64,000 nt of DNA from Octopus bimaculoides (Eukaryota), in NCBI RefSeq assembly GCF_001194135.2, contig NC_068984.1:52884786-52948785 (forward strand), given 5' to 3'. Under the pieces are notes generated by a model, which was not told where the DNA came from, searched no databases, and saw only the letters and a list, made by a program, of their open reading frames with translations. The translations under genes and the position numbers were made by a program. Of the stretch, positions 10,327 through 22,471 are shown piece after piece (within the stretch, counting starts at the first letter, position 1; the number at the start of each line of letters is the position of its first letter).

Positions 10327-11666
10327 CTAGCAGTATAGCCCGGCGCTGCTCGGGATTAAGCTAGGATTATTAAGTGACCAAGTGCTTTATTTCAAACCAA
10401 AATAAGTAACATGGACATCAGATTTGAGCGAAATCCGTTGAAATTGGTTTGGCTGAAAATGGTTTGCTAGCAATTTAATTGGGAAATTCCATAAGGAATC
10501 AATTTATTGGTTATTTCCACTCATTGACTGTTTTTTTTTTTAAAGTTGCATTAGAGATCTGCATAGGAAAAGGTTGATCTGAAGATTTGCATTGGGGATG
10601 TGAATTGGAGTAACTTAGGNNNNNNNNNNNNNNNNNNNNNNNNNNNNNNNNNNNNNNNNNNNNNNNNNNNNNNNNNNNNNNNNNNNNNNNNNNNNNNNNN
10701 NNNNNNNNNNNNNNNNNNNNNNNNNNNNNNNNNNNNNNNNNNNNNNNNNNNNNNNNNNNNNNNNNNNNNNNNNNNNNNNNNNNNNNNNNNNNNNNNNNNN
10801 NNNNNNNNNNNNNNNNNNNNNNNNNNNNNNNNNNNNNNNNNNNNNNNNNNNNNNNNNNNNNNNNNNNNNNNNNNNNNNNNNNNNNNNNNNNNNNNNNNNN
10901 NNNNNNNNNNNNNNNNNNNNNNNNNNNNNNNNNNNNNNNNNNNNNNNNNNNNNNNNNNNNNNNNNNNNNNNNNNNNNNNNNNNNNNNNNNNNNNNNNNNN
11001 NNNNNNNNNNNNNNNNNNNNNNNNNNNNNNNNNNNNNNNNNNNNNNNNNNNNNNNNNNNNNNNNNNNNNNNNNNNNNNNNNNNNNNNNNNNNNNNNNNNN
11101 NNNNNNNNNNNNNNNNNNNNNNNNNNNNNNNNNNNNNNNNNNNNNNNNNNNNNNNNNNNNNNNNNNNNNNNNNNNNNNNNNNNNNNNNNNNNNNNNNNNN
11201 NNNNNNNNNNNNNNNNNNNNNNNNNNNNNNNNNNNNNNNNNNNNNNNNNNNNNNNNNNNNNNNNNNNNNNNNNNNNNNNNNNNNNNNNNNNNNNNNNNNN
11301 NNNNNNNNNNNNNNNNNNNNNNNNNNNNNNNNNNNNNNNNNNNNNNNNNNNNNNNNNNNNNNNNNNNNNNNNNNNNNNNNNNNNACTATTTCTTTCTTTC
11401 TCTCTCTCTCTCTCTCTCTCCTTCACGCGCGTACGCACAGATTTGACTTCGCCATGTCAACAAACTTCAAAATTCGTAAAAGTTTATCGATTTTTACAGC
11501 TATACGCGGGTGCCTCTGAGAGAAAAAATTGGCCAAAATGCACATAAGGTCATTCCGAATCTCCTCCTAAAATTGGAGCGACATGCGTGATAATTTGTGG
11601 ACGTGCATAAACTACATTCACGTACACACACACACACACAAACATCGTCTGTTTTATAGATATAGA
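10327..11666 (-). mobile_element. Non-autonomous Helitron (copy 1, spans a gap)
   Basis: Minus strand 5' A|TCTATATCTATAAAAC at 11666; 3' GC-rich hairpin cccgagcagcgccggg (10339-10354) followed by ctatactgCTAG|T (CTAG 10327-10330). This is the canonical TC...hairpin-CTRR architecture between A and T. Confidence 0.75.
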
Positions 11667-12159
11667 TATGGATGGTAGAATTTGATTCAAGGGATATTTG
11701 GCTGCTATTTCATGCAGATCAAGTAACATCACTCAACAACTGAGTGATGTTTTACTTTTGGGAACTTCGAAGGAAACAACAATGTTGTTTGACATAAATA
11801 AAGTCTTCAACTGTCTGGCACAACCCCAATCACCTGTCTTAGTTGCCTGCTTATGATCCCTATTTCTCATATTTCAAACAAAAACTTTGTTAGACTGCTC
11901 CCTCGGAGTATGGAGTCATTTCTCATTTTATCAACTCTGGTGTTTCTAGATTTTCATTTTTACATTAATTTTCTTCTCACTGTCATTTCTAACAACATAC
12001 TCCTCTGCAAATAACACTTCTCTTTACTCACTCCTTAATCTTTTACAAAAGCTTCCTTCACATACAATTTTGATACCACACACCAAACTTGCTCTACTTC
12101 CTTAAACAGAGACCTCAAAATCATCTTACAATGGTAGATAGATGACATTTCCCTACATA

Positions 12160-12390
12160 TATGGCCACATATGAGCATTCATGCTGGTACCATATTAAAA
12201 ACAATGATACATAAAAAGCACCCAGTACACTCTGTGAAGTGGTTGGCATTAGGAAAGCTATCAAGCCATAGAAACCATGCCAGAACAGACAATGGTGCTT
12301 GATGCAGCCCCTGGCCTTACCAGCTCTAGCCAAACAGTCCAACCCATGCCAGTATGGAAAATGGATGTTCAATGATGATGATGATGATGA
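12160..12390 (+). mobile_element. RTE-type LINE 3' fragment
   Basis: aaaaagcacccagtacactctgtgaagtggttggcattagg...ccaacccatgccagtatggaaaatggatgttcaat(gat)n. Confidence 0.75.
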
Positions 12391-12959
12391 TTCTTTTTTT
12401 GGAATGTTGGATCTTGAAGCAGATCAGCTATGAATAATTGCATGTAAATATTGGGTTAAAAACCCTTTAGATTGAAGTTTATAAAAAAATTCTTATGAAA
12501 GTTATAGTACCTATTTCTCATTTCTCTTGAAGATTATTAACACTGATAGACATCTATGACTGACCATAGAAGGCCGAGAAAGACTAATTCTATGTTAGTA
12601 TGTGTACACTTTGCATGGGAGAGAAGGGGAGAGAGCGAGAGAGAGTGCGTGTGTGTTTGTGTGTGTGTGCATGTGTGTGTGTGTTTATATATGTATTTAT
12701 GTATTTTATATCTTTTGGAAGGAACTGGAGCATGAAACTTGGACTACCCTTCGTCTCATACGCAAATGTCACCAAACCGTAAAGACTCGTCATAAAGAGC
12801 TACTAAGTCATGAAATCACAAGACAGTCAACTATTTTAAGTGTACCCACACTTTACAAAAGTAGGTGAGCAGTACAGCCAACCATAATAATAAATATGTT
12901 ACTGCTCTAATTTTTAGAGTGTGCATCTTTTTTTCAGATGTATGAACTACTGCTGAGTA

Positions 12960-13265
12960 TGTGAAAAACAACATTCGAGCGTGGTCGTTGCCAGTGGCAC
13001 CGCACTGGCTCCCATGTAGGTAGCACATAAAAACACTTTTTGAGGGTGAGCATGGTCGTTGTCAGAACCGCCTGACTGGCCCTTGTGCCAGTGGCACGTA
13101 AAAAGCACCCACTACACTCTCGGAGTGGTTGGCGTTAGGAAAGGCATCCAGCTGTAGAAACTTTGCCAGACCAGATTGAGCCTGGTGCAGCCAATGGCTC
13201 ACCAGTCCTCAGTCAAACCGTCCAACCCATGCCAGCATGGAAAGCGGACGTTAAACGATGATGAT
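12960..13265 (+). mobile_element. RTE-type LINE 3' fragment with tandem hairpin units
   Basis: Two ~70-bp units (cgttgccagt...actggc...gcacgtaaaaagcacc), then the common 3' end and cgttaaac(gat)n tail. Confidence 0.8.
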
Positions 13266-13882
13266 GTTTATATATATATATATNNNNNNNNNNNNNNNNN
13301 NNNNNNNNNNNNNNNNNNNNNNNNNNNNNNNNNNNNNNNNNNNNNNNNNNNNNNNNNNNNNNNNNNNNNNNNNNNNNNNNNNNNNNNNNNNNNNNNNNNN
13401 NNNNNNNNNNNNNNNNNNNNNNNNNNNNNNNNNNNNNNNNNNNNNNNNNNNNNNNNNNNNNNNNNNNNNNNNNNNNNNNNNNNNNNNNNNNNNNNNNNNN
13501 NNNNNNNNNNNNNNNNNNNNNNNNNNNNNNNNNNNNNNNNNNNNNNNNNNNNNNNNNNNNNNNNNNNNNNNNNNNNNNNNNNNNNNNNNNNNNNNNNNNN
13601 NNNNNNNNNNNNNNNNNNNNNNNNNNNNNNNNNNNNNNNNNNNNNNNNNNNNNNNNNNNNNNNNNNNNNNNNNNNNNNNNNNNNNNNNNNNNNNNNNNNN
13701 NNNNNNNNNNNNNNNNNNNNCATAATGTCTTACGTTTAAGATGATTCCCATGCTTTCCCTGATGAGAAGGTTACAATTTTAATATCAAAGATCCCTATGG
13801 ATCACACAGGTTGTAATCCTTTGAAACATATGTAGGAATAAAGTATGCAATTATAACATGCGTTTTCTCCAATCCTTAAATT

Positions 13883-13923
<41 letters not shown>

Positions 13924-15112
13924 CACTGATATATTTGGACAAGTGTCCTCATCTTGGTTATTGCAACCTTCAGCCTTCTTCAGGTGTCCATTGTATTTGG
14001 TAACATTCTCAGAATTCTCAAACAAACCCTTTATGAAATCCAGTGGTATATCTGTTTTCATTCTATTATTCATACCAGGGATATTCTATTCCCTATTCTT
14101 CCTCTTGTGATATTGTTGTTCATTCTACTTGAACCAGTGTTTTTATCGTTATCCACTAGCTAAAGTACCACACTTATATCACTTAATCAATGCTTATGAT
14201 CACTATCCCATTTTCTCGTAGAACATATATTTAATGAAAATTAGGGGCTTTAAATCTAACTTCAACCTGTCATGATAAAAACTCATCACTACAGAATAAA
14301 GCATTGTTAGGACGAATTTCCATGCTTTCGTTCTTTGCAGCATATTTACATTATAGTGTAGTGAGTTCAGGTGCTGACACGAGCTATCCCCCCTCCCACA
14401 GCACCACTCTGTATCCAACCCGGTGGTGGTGGGGAGGCTGAAAAAGTTCATAACTTGATAGACTTTCATTTGAAGTTTCAAGAAAGTGAAAGAAAAATTC
14501 AACAATAGCCTATAGTACTAAATTTTGGCTATAAGATACATTAACGAAAGGAGGAAAAAGAAGAAAAATAGATTACTAAATGTCATGATCAAAGAAAAAT
14601 TCTAAATAAAATTTTAAACCTGTTATTTTCCCTGCTAAATACTAGATTCAACAATTTTCTGCCAAAGGCTGAAAAAAGAAAATGCTAGATCTAGCATAAA
14701 ATATGCGAAATTGGCAACCCTCAGACTGCTATGATGTAAGGGATACCATCCAATACCCCGGAATTCTCCAAGGGAAATTACTCAGTGACGCAGAAATAAC
14801 TGTCTTTTGACAGTTTGAAGGAGAATATTTTAAGAAGAAAAATGTAAATTAGAATTTGTATCAACTAGCTTAGTTTTTTCCCCCTACTTCATCTACTTTT
14901 AAAAGAAAACATTCGTATCATTATTTAGTATTGTATCGATAATGAAGTTCGATGTATAAATATTAGATATTTTACTTTATATATATTGAACAAGAATTAT
15001 CACTTTCATGGAGTGTACAAATTAATCTCATTTTGATCGAGCACAGTCACACTTCACTCGTTAAAGAGAAAAATATGAAATTTGTTTAACTCAAAGAGCA
15101 GCTAAAATTGAC

Positions 15113-15564
15113 TAGCGATATTCTATGTAAATACTGTTTACAAATGTTACACACGTTTGTATGTGTGTGTTTTGTAAATTGTTCTGGTTGTCATAAGCTT
15201 AACATCTGTTTGTTTTGCTTATTTAATTTATTTAAATTATTTCATTTATAGAGTTCTTAACTTTTGTTTTAATACTCAAGTCACATAGTTTGTTGAGGGA
15301 TCGCACTCCGATATCCCGCTGTTGGATACTAGTATTGGGTTAGCAATATTCTATGTAAATACTGTTTACAAATGTTACACACGTTTTTATGTGTGTTTTG
15401 TAAATTGTTCTGGTTGTTTAAAGTCATAAGCTTAACATCTATTTGTTTTGCTTATTTAAATTATTTCATTTATAGATTTCTTAACTTTTATTTTACTACT
15501 CAAGTCACATAGTTTGTTGAGGGATCGAACTCCGATATCCCGCTGTTGGATACTAGTATTGGGT
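15113..15564. repeat. Tandem duplication, 2 x ~226 bp
   Basis: 15113-15340 and 15341-15564 both run tagc.atattctatgtaaatactg...gatatcccgctgttggatactagtattgggt with few differences. Confidence 0.9.
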
Positions 15565-15700
15565 AATTTCCGGCAACGTCAGCATCGTTACAAAATGGCG
15601 ACTTCTACACTAACTTTGTGTTTGCCACCTAGATTTGTTGTTACCTTCAAATAAGACTTTCGTGAATATAACAGTAGATATAATTATTTACTATGATCAG
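15565..15700 (+). promoter_or_regulatory. TMF1: Probable TMF1 core promoter and non-coding first exon
   Basis: Locally CpG-enriched; ETS-type TTCCGG (15568-15573), CRE half-site ACGTCA (15576-15581), YY1-type AAAATGGCG (15592-15600); donor CAG|GTAATA at 15700/15701; acceptor ttttattttttag at 19904 precedes the ATG exon. A perfect DRE-like TATCGATA is at 14934-14941. Confidence 0.55.
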
Positions 15701-17759
15701 GTAATATCTCAAACAGTTACTATGTCATTTAAGATTTGCTGTAATGCGATCCTTCTAATATAAATTGTTATATTATTACTTTCATTACCACGATGGTTTA
15801 ATTTGATGGAAAGGAATTCGTATAATTTCGAAATGTTTTCTTATGTTATTTTTAATTTTATATGTTTCTTCCAAATTAGCCCCCATCCCCCGAAAATGTA
15901 GTCTAATTTGTCCACGAACTATGTGAATATTATAGGTTAATTTATCGACAAGTTGTAGTAGTCGCTTTCATATTGACATAAAATGACTTCGATGCTTCCC
16001 ATCTATGAAACTTTATTTACATTACGTTTTAGATAGATCTATACGCTAATAAATAAATCCGATATATTTTCCCTGATTAAGAATTGATGGGAAAAGAACC
16101 AGTTTATCTAACATGACTATATCTTACGTGTTAGTAGTATAACGTAAATAATATTGATCATCAACTATTGATTGTTACCATAGCGTACTGATGACACGGT
16201 GGGTGTTGTGTTGATCGTGTGAAAAACAATCGGGTGTTGAATTGTAAGCCCTTGGTGAATTTTTCTTCTCACTTTCATGCGTGTATTTGCCCGTGTGTAT
16301 ATACTTTTATGTGTATATTGCAGATATACGTAAGGTGGGGTTAAACTCGCGTCCCTCGGACAAAAGCAATAACCTTCCCCACTAAAAAAATAGAGCAAAA
16401 CTCCAGCAATTAAAAGAATACGTAATATTAGTTTTCGAAAAGAAATATCATTAAAAAATGTAAATTGTCAATTTATTAATATGTTATTAAAATTTAGAAC
16501 GTGAAAGAGTACTAAGTACTATACTGTTTACATAATTGAGCACGCATATTTAATTATCTTACTGGGAAAACGTTTTAAAGTTTAAAAAAAAAAAAAAAGG
16601 AATATTAGCCAAGGGTTTCATCGTTCTTTGCATTTTATTAATGGGCTGGGGGTCTCGTGTAAGAGGTTTTTACCTTAGGGGGTTTTTTTTTCAATTATTC
16701 ATGGGGATTTTGGCCTGATCTCATGAAACATTAATGGAAATTGACTCACTGAAAAAGTTTCTGGAAACAGATTTCATATTTTGTTTATATACCTTAGATA
16801 ATTAAGAAATATATGATCATACAAAATAACGCAATTTATATAATGGTATTACACGTATGTGAAAAAAATTTACTCTTGTTTATTATCTTAAATTTGCTAT
16901 GAAATTTTCATATGGCTTTTTTCTGTGAAGCTCTTCAGCGTGAGTTTTTTTTTCTTCTTGGTTACAATTTTTGACAAGACTGCCGTATTGGCACCGAAAG
17001 GTTTAAATGTGTGTGTATACTATCTATCATAAATAAACTGTTGGCAACGAAATCAAGATTGACATAATCGGAAGGCTGTTCGGTGTGAAGAACTTGTTAT
17101 AATCGCTTCTTTGTGAAACATATCTGAAACATGAGAATACCAAGTTATTGATTTAAATGGTTAACCCATTCTACAACCCTCTCCAACAAAACATGAAAAT
17201 TACATCAAGGAAAACAACAATAAACTAAAAAAAAAAAAGGTTTTGACGTTGGTTTTTAGTAATTGATTTTAGTCGCTGGCACTCTTCACTTGGCCTAGGA
17301 ATATTTATTTACTCAGAACTGTTTCTTCTGAGCAATTCAGATGGTTCAAACTGAACTTAATAAAGATGTGTAAAATATAAACAAACAAATATGACACCTA
17401 GAACTTTCATAGCCTGTGACTTCCCCGCCTCCGCCCAAAAGATGTGCCACCTAAATGCAAAACTGCAGACTGTGACTTGGAACATACATTCATTTTTATA
17501 TATTGAAATTACTAAAACTTCATATTGATGTGGTGACTGGACTGATAAGGAAAACAGAAATCGATTTTGCTCCTGTTTCTTGCAGTGCATTGTTTGTGGT
17601 CAAAACATCTAGTGTACCTGGTTGTAATTTGATACTGCTAGTTCTGAATAACTCATCACTATAAGCAGCAGTAGTATTAAAATTTGAAATTTTAAAACAT
17701 TTTTATTAGCTTGCATCTTGTAATGGAATATAGCTTGAGACAAATGATCTTCACTGAGC

Positions 17760-17949
17760 CAGCTGTAACATTCAAACTATTCCGGCAATATTGTTTTGAA
17801 TTTATTATGCATTAACCTGTAGCTCTGATGATGTGATTGTATATTTTTTAGACTAACATTGTAAGGTAGGTGTGAGAGGCTGGATTTGGCCAGTTTGAAC
17901 AGGAAAAATATTTTGGCTGGATATGGCCGGTTTATATGCTAAAGGGTTA
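17760..17949 (+). mobile_element. piggyBac-like MITE, 5'-degenerate copy
   Basis: Matches the 41218-41444 family; ends atgctaaagggtta. Confidence 0.65.
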
Positions 17950-18504
17950 TGTCAAAGTCCTCAGTGATGTCATTCTGACCCTATGAAAATAATATAACTC
18001 AAGGAACTTGTGTAACTTAAGGCTAAGGAAGATTTCAGATACCCATTTAAAAAGAATCTGTTATATTTCACTTTGTTAAACTATGTGAAATAGATAGAGA
18101 AAGCATTTTGTTTAATCATAAACTATGAAAATAACAAATGCTCATCAATAAAGTAGTATTTGTAGAAGCTGTCATCTGCATAATCCTTTCTACAATAGGC
18201 ACAAGACCCGAGATTTTGTGGGGAAGTTGGGGTCTAGTCTATTGTATTGACCTCAGTATGCAACTGGTACTTCTTTCATCAACCCTGAAAGGATTTGTGA
18301 TGCTTGTAATAATCTGATCTGAAAGGATGAAAGGTGAAGTCAACCTCAGTGGAATTGGAACACAGAATGTGAAGATGGATGAAATACCACTAACAATTTT
18401 GTCCTGCATGCTAACGATTTTGCCCCAGTTAAAAAATCATATTGGTTATCTCTATAAAATGTCAACACAAATTTTTTAAAGATATAAATATGGATATTTA
18501 TATT

Positions 18505-18885
18505 TTATATTTTACAAGTTTGCTTTTCCAGTCACATGGTTTCAAGTTCAGTTCTACTTCACGTCATCATGGGCATGTGTATTCAACTATAGCCCTGGGC
18601 CAACCAAAGCCTTGTGAGTGGATTTTGCTGATAGAAACTGAAAGAAGCCTGTTGTGTGTGTGTACATATGTACATATAGATGTATATGTGTGAGAGTGAC
18701 ACCTACATGATAGATGTAAATGAGTGTGTCTTTCATTTCCAATCTTTTGTGGAAACATTTGGGTGGGGGAAATATAATTTACTTGGGGGGTTGGAAACAG
18801 GAAGGACATGTGGCCATAGAAAATCTTCAGTGGATTCTGTTCAGCCCATGCAGGCATGGAAACATGCATATTAAAATAATGATGA
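18505..18885 (+). mobile_element. tRNA-headed SINE, RTE-tailed subfamily
   Basis: Same body and tail as 540-920. Confidence 0.7.
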
Positions 18886-19938
18886 AATATAAATCATGAA
18901 GCAACAAAGCAGAAAGAAGGAATTTGCTAGTTGTGGTTACTTAAAGACACTTATTTTCTTTAATCTTCATTTGATTGACAATTGCATTTAATTTCTAGAG
19001 TTCAAGAGGAGCCAGTGTTTTGATTTCTAGTTTAAACTACTGTTGTTGTTTACAATCTGGATGTATACATATTTTCCTGAATTCTGTATTGTAGGGAATA
19101 AATGCAAAAAAAAAAAAAAAAGATTGTCTGATAAAACAGCTTTTGTTTCAACAGTTCTCTGAATTGTTTCTATGAATTTCTGTTATTATTAATTCCCATA
19201 GACAATTTAAAGTAATCATTGTGAGATGTAAGTGTTTGAAATTTTTTGTGTGAAAATCTAGTGGAAGAAAGTAAGACTTTGTGGATAGCAAGATAGATTT
19301 ACATATAACGATGAGCTATCACTGACTTTTGAGTGTGTTCATGAAATTAAGTTAAATATCTTGGTTTTAACTTGTAAACACATTTAAATCTGTGCAGAGG
19401 GTGGGGTCCACTTGGGTCACATGCATGGCATTGTAATTTCAAGGGAACCTTTTTCCACCAGTTAACTGTGGAACCAGTTAACCCTTTAATACAAAAAATT
19501 ATTCTAGCTCTTTTATTCTATTATACTTATCATATTAACTACATACACATGTATACATCTCTAACCCATACATAAACCATGTTGGTTGCTAAAATATTTG
19601 ATGAGTAGTTTGAAATGAAGCCAATGTTTTCCATATTGACTAGTCCCATTTTCAGTTGAAATAGGGTCTGCATTTCACGTGTGGCCTGGGGCAGTTACCA
19701 GCATTGCATGGTCCTGAAATTTTAATAATATAACATTATTGAGATCTGGTTTTGTTGTTTTGGAAAATGGCTCTCCATTTAAATAGATTAGAGATAAATT
19801 TAACACTGAATATAATTTCTCTGACTTTTATAATTTTAATTAAAGCTAATTTAATCTAGTTTCATAGGAATTTTATTTGCATCTTGTATTGATTTTATTT
19901 TTAGATCTGCTCATTAGATGAAGATTAACCTTTAAAAA

Positions 19939-20053
19939 ATGAGCTGGTGGGATTCACAAAATTTTTCTGACTTTGCTTCTAATGCCTTGAGAAATGCACA
20001 GAAGAAAATTGATAAAGTACTTGATATTCAAGATGAAAATACTAAACAAAAAG
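19939..20053 (+). CDS. TMF1: TMF1 coding exon 1 (exon starts 19905)
   Basis: MSWWDSQNFSDFASNALRNAQKKIDKVLDIQDENTKQK matches the conserved TMF1 N-terminus (human MSWFNASQLSSFAKQALSQAQKSIDRVLDI); donor G|GTTTGT, phase 1. Confidence 0.93.
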
Positions 20054-20314
20054 GTTTGTATATGTTTTCATTGTTTAATTTCTTTCACATATCACAAAAA
20101 CTTCAATTTTTCTTCATATAATCTTTAGGAATATACTTTTTAGTCATCATTATCTTGTAGGTAGTTTTTTTCCAAATTGGAATGCAGTGGGTGTGCAAAT
20201 CATGTATCATCTTTGAATCCTAATGTTTTTCGTTTTTTTTTTGTTTTTTTTTTAAATTAGAGTACATAGACTTTTGAGATATATATTTTCAGTTGCTTTA
20301 CAAAGGCTGTGTAA

Positions 20315-20730
20315 TTAAGAAGTACTCTTCCCAACCATGTGGTTTTGGGTTCAATCCTATTGTATGGCACCTTGGGCAAGTGTTTTCTATAACTCTAGGC
20401 TGGCCAAAGCCTTGTGAGTGGATTTGCTAGACAGAAACAAAAAAAGCCCATCATGTATGTATACATATATATGTGCATGTATACAATGTGATGTTTTTGT
20501 TTATGTTTGTGCTTTTCTGATAACCGTTGAGTCACAAGCAGTGAGAATGTCATTCCTGACAACAAATCATCTGCTGGTTTTGCACCTTTGAAGATGTATA
20601 GAATAAGAGGTCCCTTAACTGAAAAACAGGTAAGGATTAGCATCAGGAAGGGCATCTGGCTGTAAAATCAAAACCTCAATAGTATATTTTTCTACCCCAT
20701 TCTTGCATGAAAAATAAGCCTAAAGATGAA
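20315..20730 (+). mobile_element. tRNA-headed SINE, RTE-tailed subfamily
   Basis: ggctgtgtaattaag...ggttcaatcc head, ggcaccttgggcaagtg body, atcaggaagggcatctggc tail. Confidence 0.7.
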
Positions 20731-21416
20731 TGAACAAATTCATATGTTCATATTGTCTTAGTTATTCTTCTTTTTAACTATATATCATCCTTTCTCCAAA
20801 GATAATATTTCAAATCCAATGGACCACACCCTGTTCATTCTGCTTCAGTCACAGCAGATTTCCTGCATTCATTGCTGTTTTTTTTTCTTTTGTTTTTGTT
20901 AGCTAGTGCCATATTCATACATGCTTCATAAATTCTGCTACTTTTACAGTTGGTAAAACAGTTGTTATTATTGTTTCACTTAATATCATCTGATTTTGTA
21001 GGCGTAGTGTGCCATTTTTTTAAAGACAGTAGATCATGTTTTAAGATGGATTTGGCTGCTATTTCTAGAAGGTTCAGCAATCACATAGTTATCTCTTTGG
21101 TTCGCTGCTCAAAGCTACTTCCACTATTATATGCCCTACCTGTAGAGCTATAATATTATCTTTATAGAAGAACTAACTTCAGGAGTTACTTGAAGTGCAT
21201 ATAGTCTTCAGTGTATACTACTATCTATTTTAATGTATCTGCGGTATCTCTAAAATGCTGATTTTCTGTCAGTTATCTGGGAACTCCTTTAGTATATCCA
21301 TAGTTTACATTGACTTCCATTTCTTGGGTTCTATTCCACTTCTATATTATTATTCAAAGTTACTTTCCTGTTGTTGTTGTTGAACTTTTGTGGCATCAGC
21401 TACAAACTGTCCCTAG

Positions 21417-21700
21417 ATTTGAAGAATACAGGTACACCAACAAAAATTTTAAGAACTTCTCTAAAAAATGTTCAACATATTTCATCTGAAGAGCTAGAAT
21501 CTGAGGTAAAAATTGATAAAAAGAAAGAAAGTGCATCTGCTTATGAGAGCTCTCTTTTAATAGTGTACGTAAAGATTTATTCTGATAATGGTAAGAGTTC
21601 TCTGATATAGGTCTTCACCATTAATGGAAGATGAAAGGTTCTGATTTGAGCCTCTGATCAGGGGACTTTAGATTTCTCAGATGTTTAACTTAGTAATCTT
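21417..21700 (+). pseudogene. Diverged partial duplicate of the large TMF1 exon (possible cassette exon 21417-21590)
   Basis: Encodes KILRTSLKNVQHISSEELESEVKIDKKKESASAYESSLLIVYVKIYSDNG, versus EILKSSTEANISFEELESEVKIDNERESTPAYESSLLAVCVNTDSDNG in the real exon (about 23075-23220). Nucleotide similarity continues (atgaaaggttctgatt.gagcct...ctgatcagg) to about 21700. Confidence 0.85.
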
Positions 21701-22471
21701 TTGACTGAAGATAAGTTCTTCAGTTTTCAGTAGATTCTGCTGCCAAACTCAGTTCATCAATACATAAAGGTTCCTATCTTGAAACTTTTTAATTGCCTCA
21801 GGAACTAAAATTAATATAAAAAATTTGAAACTGACACAAACACTAAATTTTCAAATGATTTCGACACTCACAAAAATGACGTAGACAGTTTTTAAAATCC
21901 AGTTTTCCAATTATACTTTTCTTTTATGTTTCAATCATTGGACAGTGACCATACTGGAACACTGCCTTGAGGAACTATGGTAACTACTTTCATTGTTCAC
22001 TAAACTATAGAACATTATACGCTCAGATATCTTCTCTAGGTCAATAAATGCAAGAAGAGATTTTTGTTCTTTGCTAAATATTTCCCTTGCAGATATTTAA
22101 CTAAAATATCATATCTTAGGTCCTTTATCTTGATACACTCCATGCATCCCATCCAGGCTTACTTTATCCATAAATTTGTGATGACTCTGAAGAAAAGCAC
22201 CACTGGTGAATGTTCACATTGTACAAATATTAATATGCTTTGTTTTAATGAAATTATGTTATAGATATTAAGTTAAAAAATAATATTTATGAGATGAACT
22301 TAATTGGTGGAATTTATGTCCTCATACTGTTTTGTCTTTCTGTTTGTTTTTTGGTAAAGATTCAGAAACTGTTGTCTAGAATAGGAATTGTTTTATTCTA
22401 AAATAAGCTGTAATTATTGTTCATAGATTTTAAAATTTACTTAATCTGTATTTTTGATTTAATTTTTATAG

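Noticed and set aside
12960-13110. Repeat-spacer pattern suggestive of a CRISPR array
   Set aside because: Only two diverged units within a eukaryotic retroelement 3' UTR; no constant repeats with unique spacers and no cas genes.
10551-13751. Long ORFs from the track spanning N runs (also 27002-27672 and 45091-45888)
   Set aside because: They are open only because Ns translate as X; there is no coding evidence.
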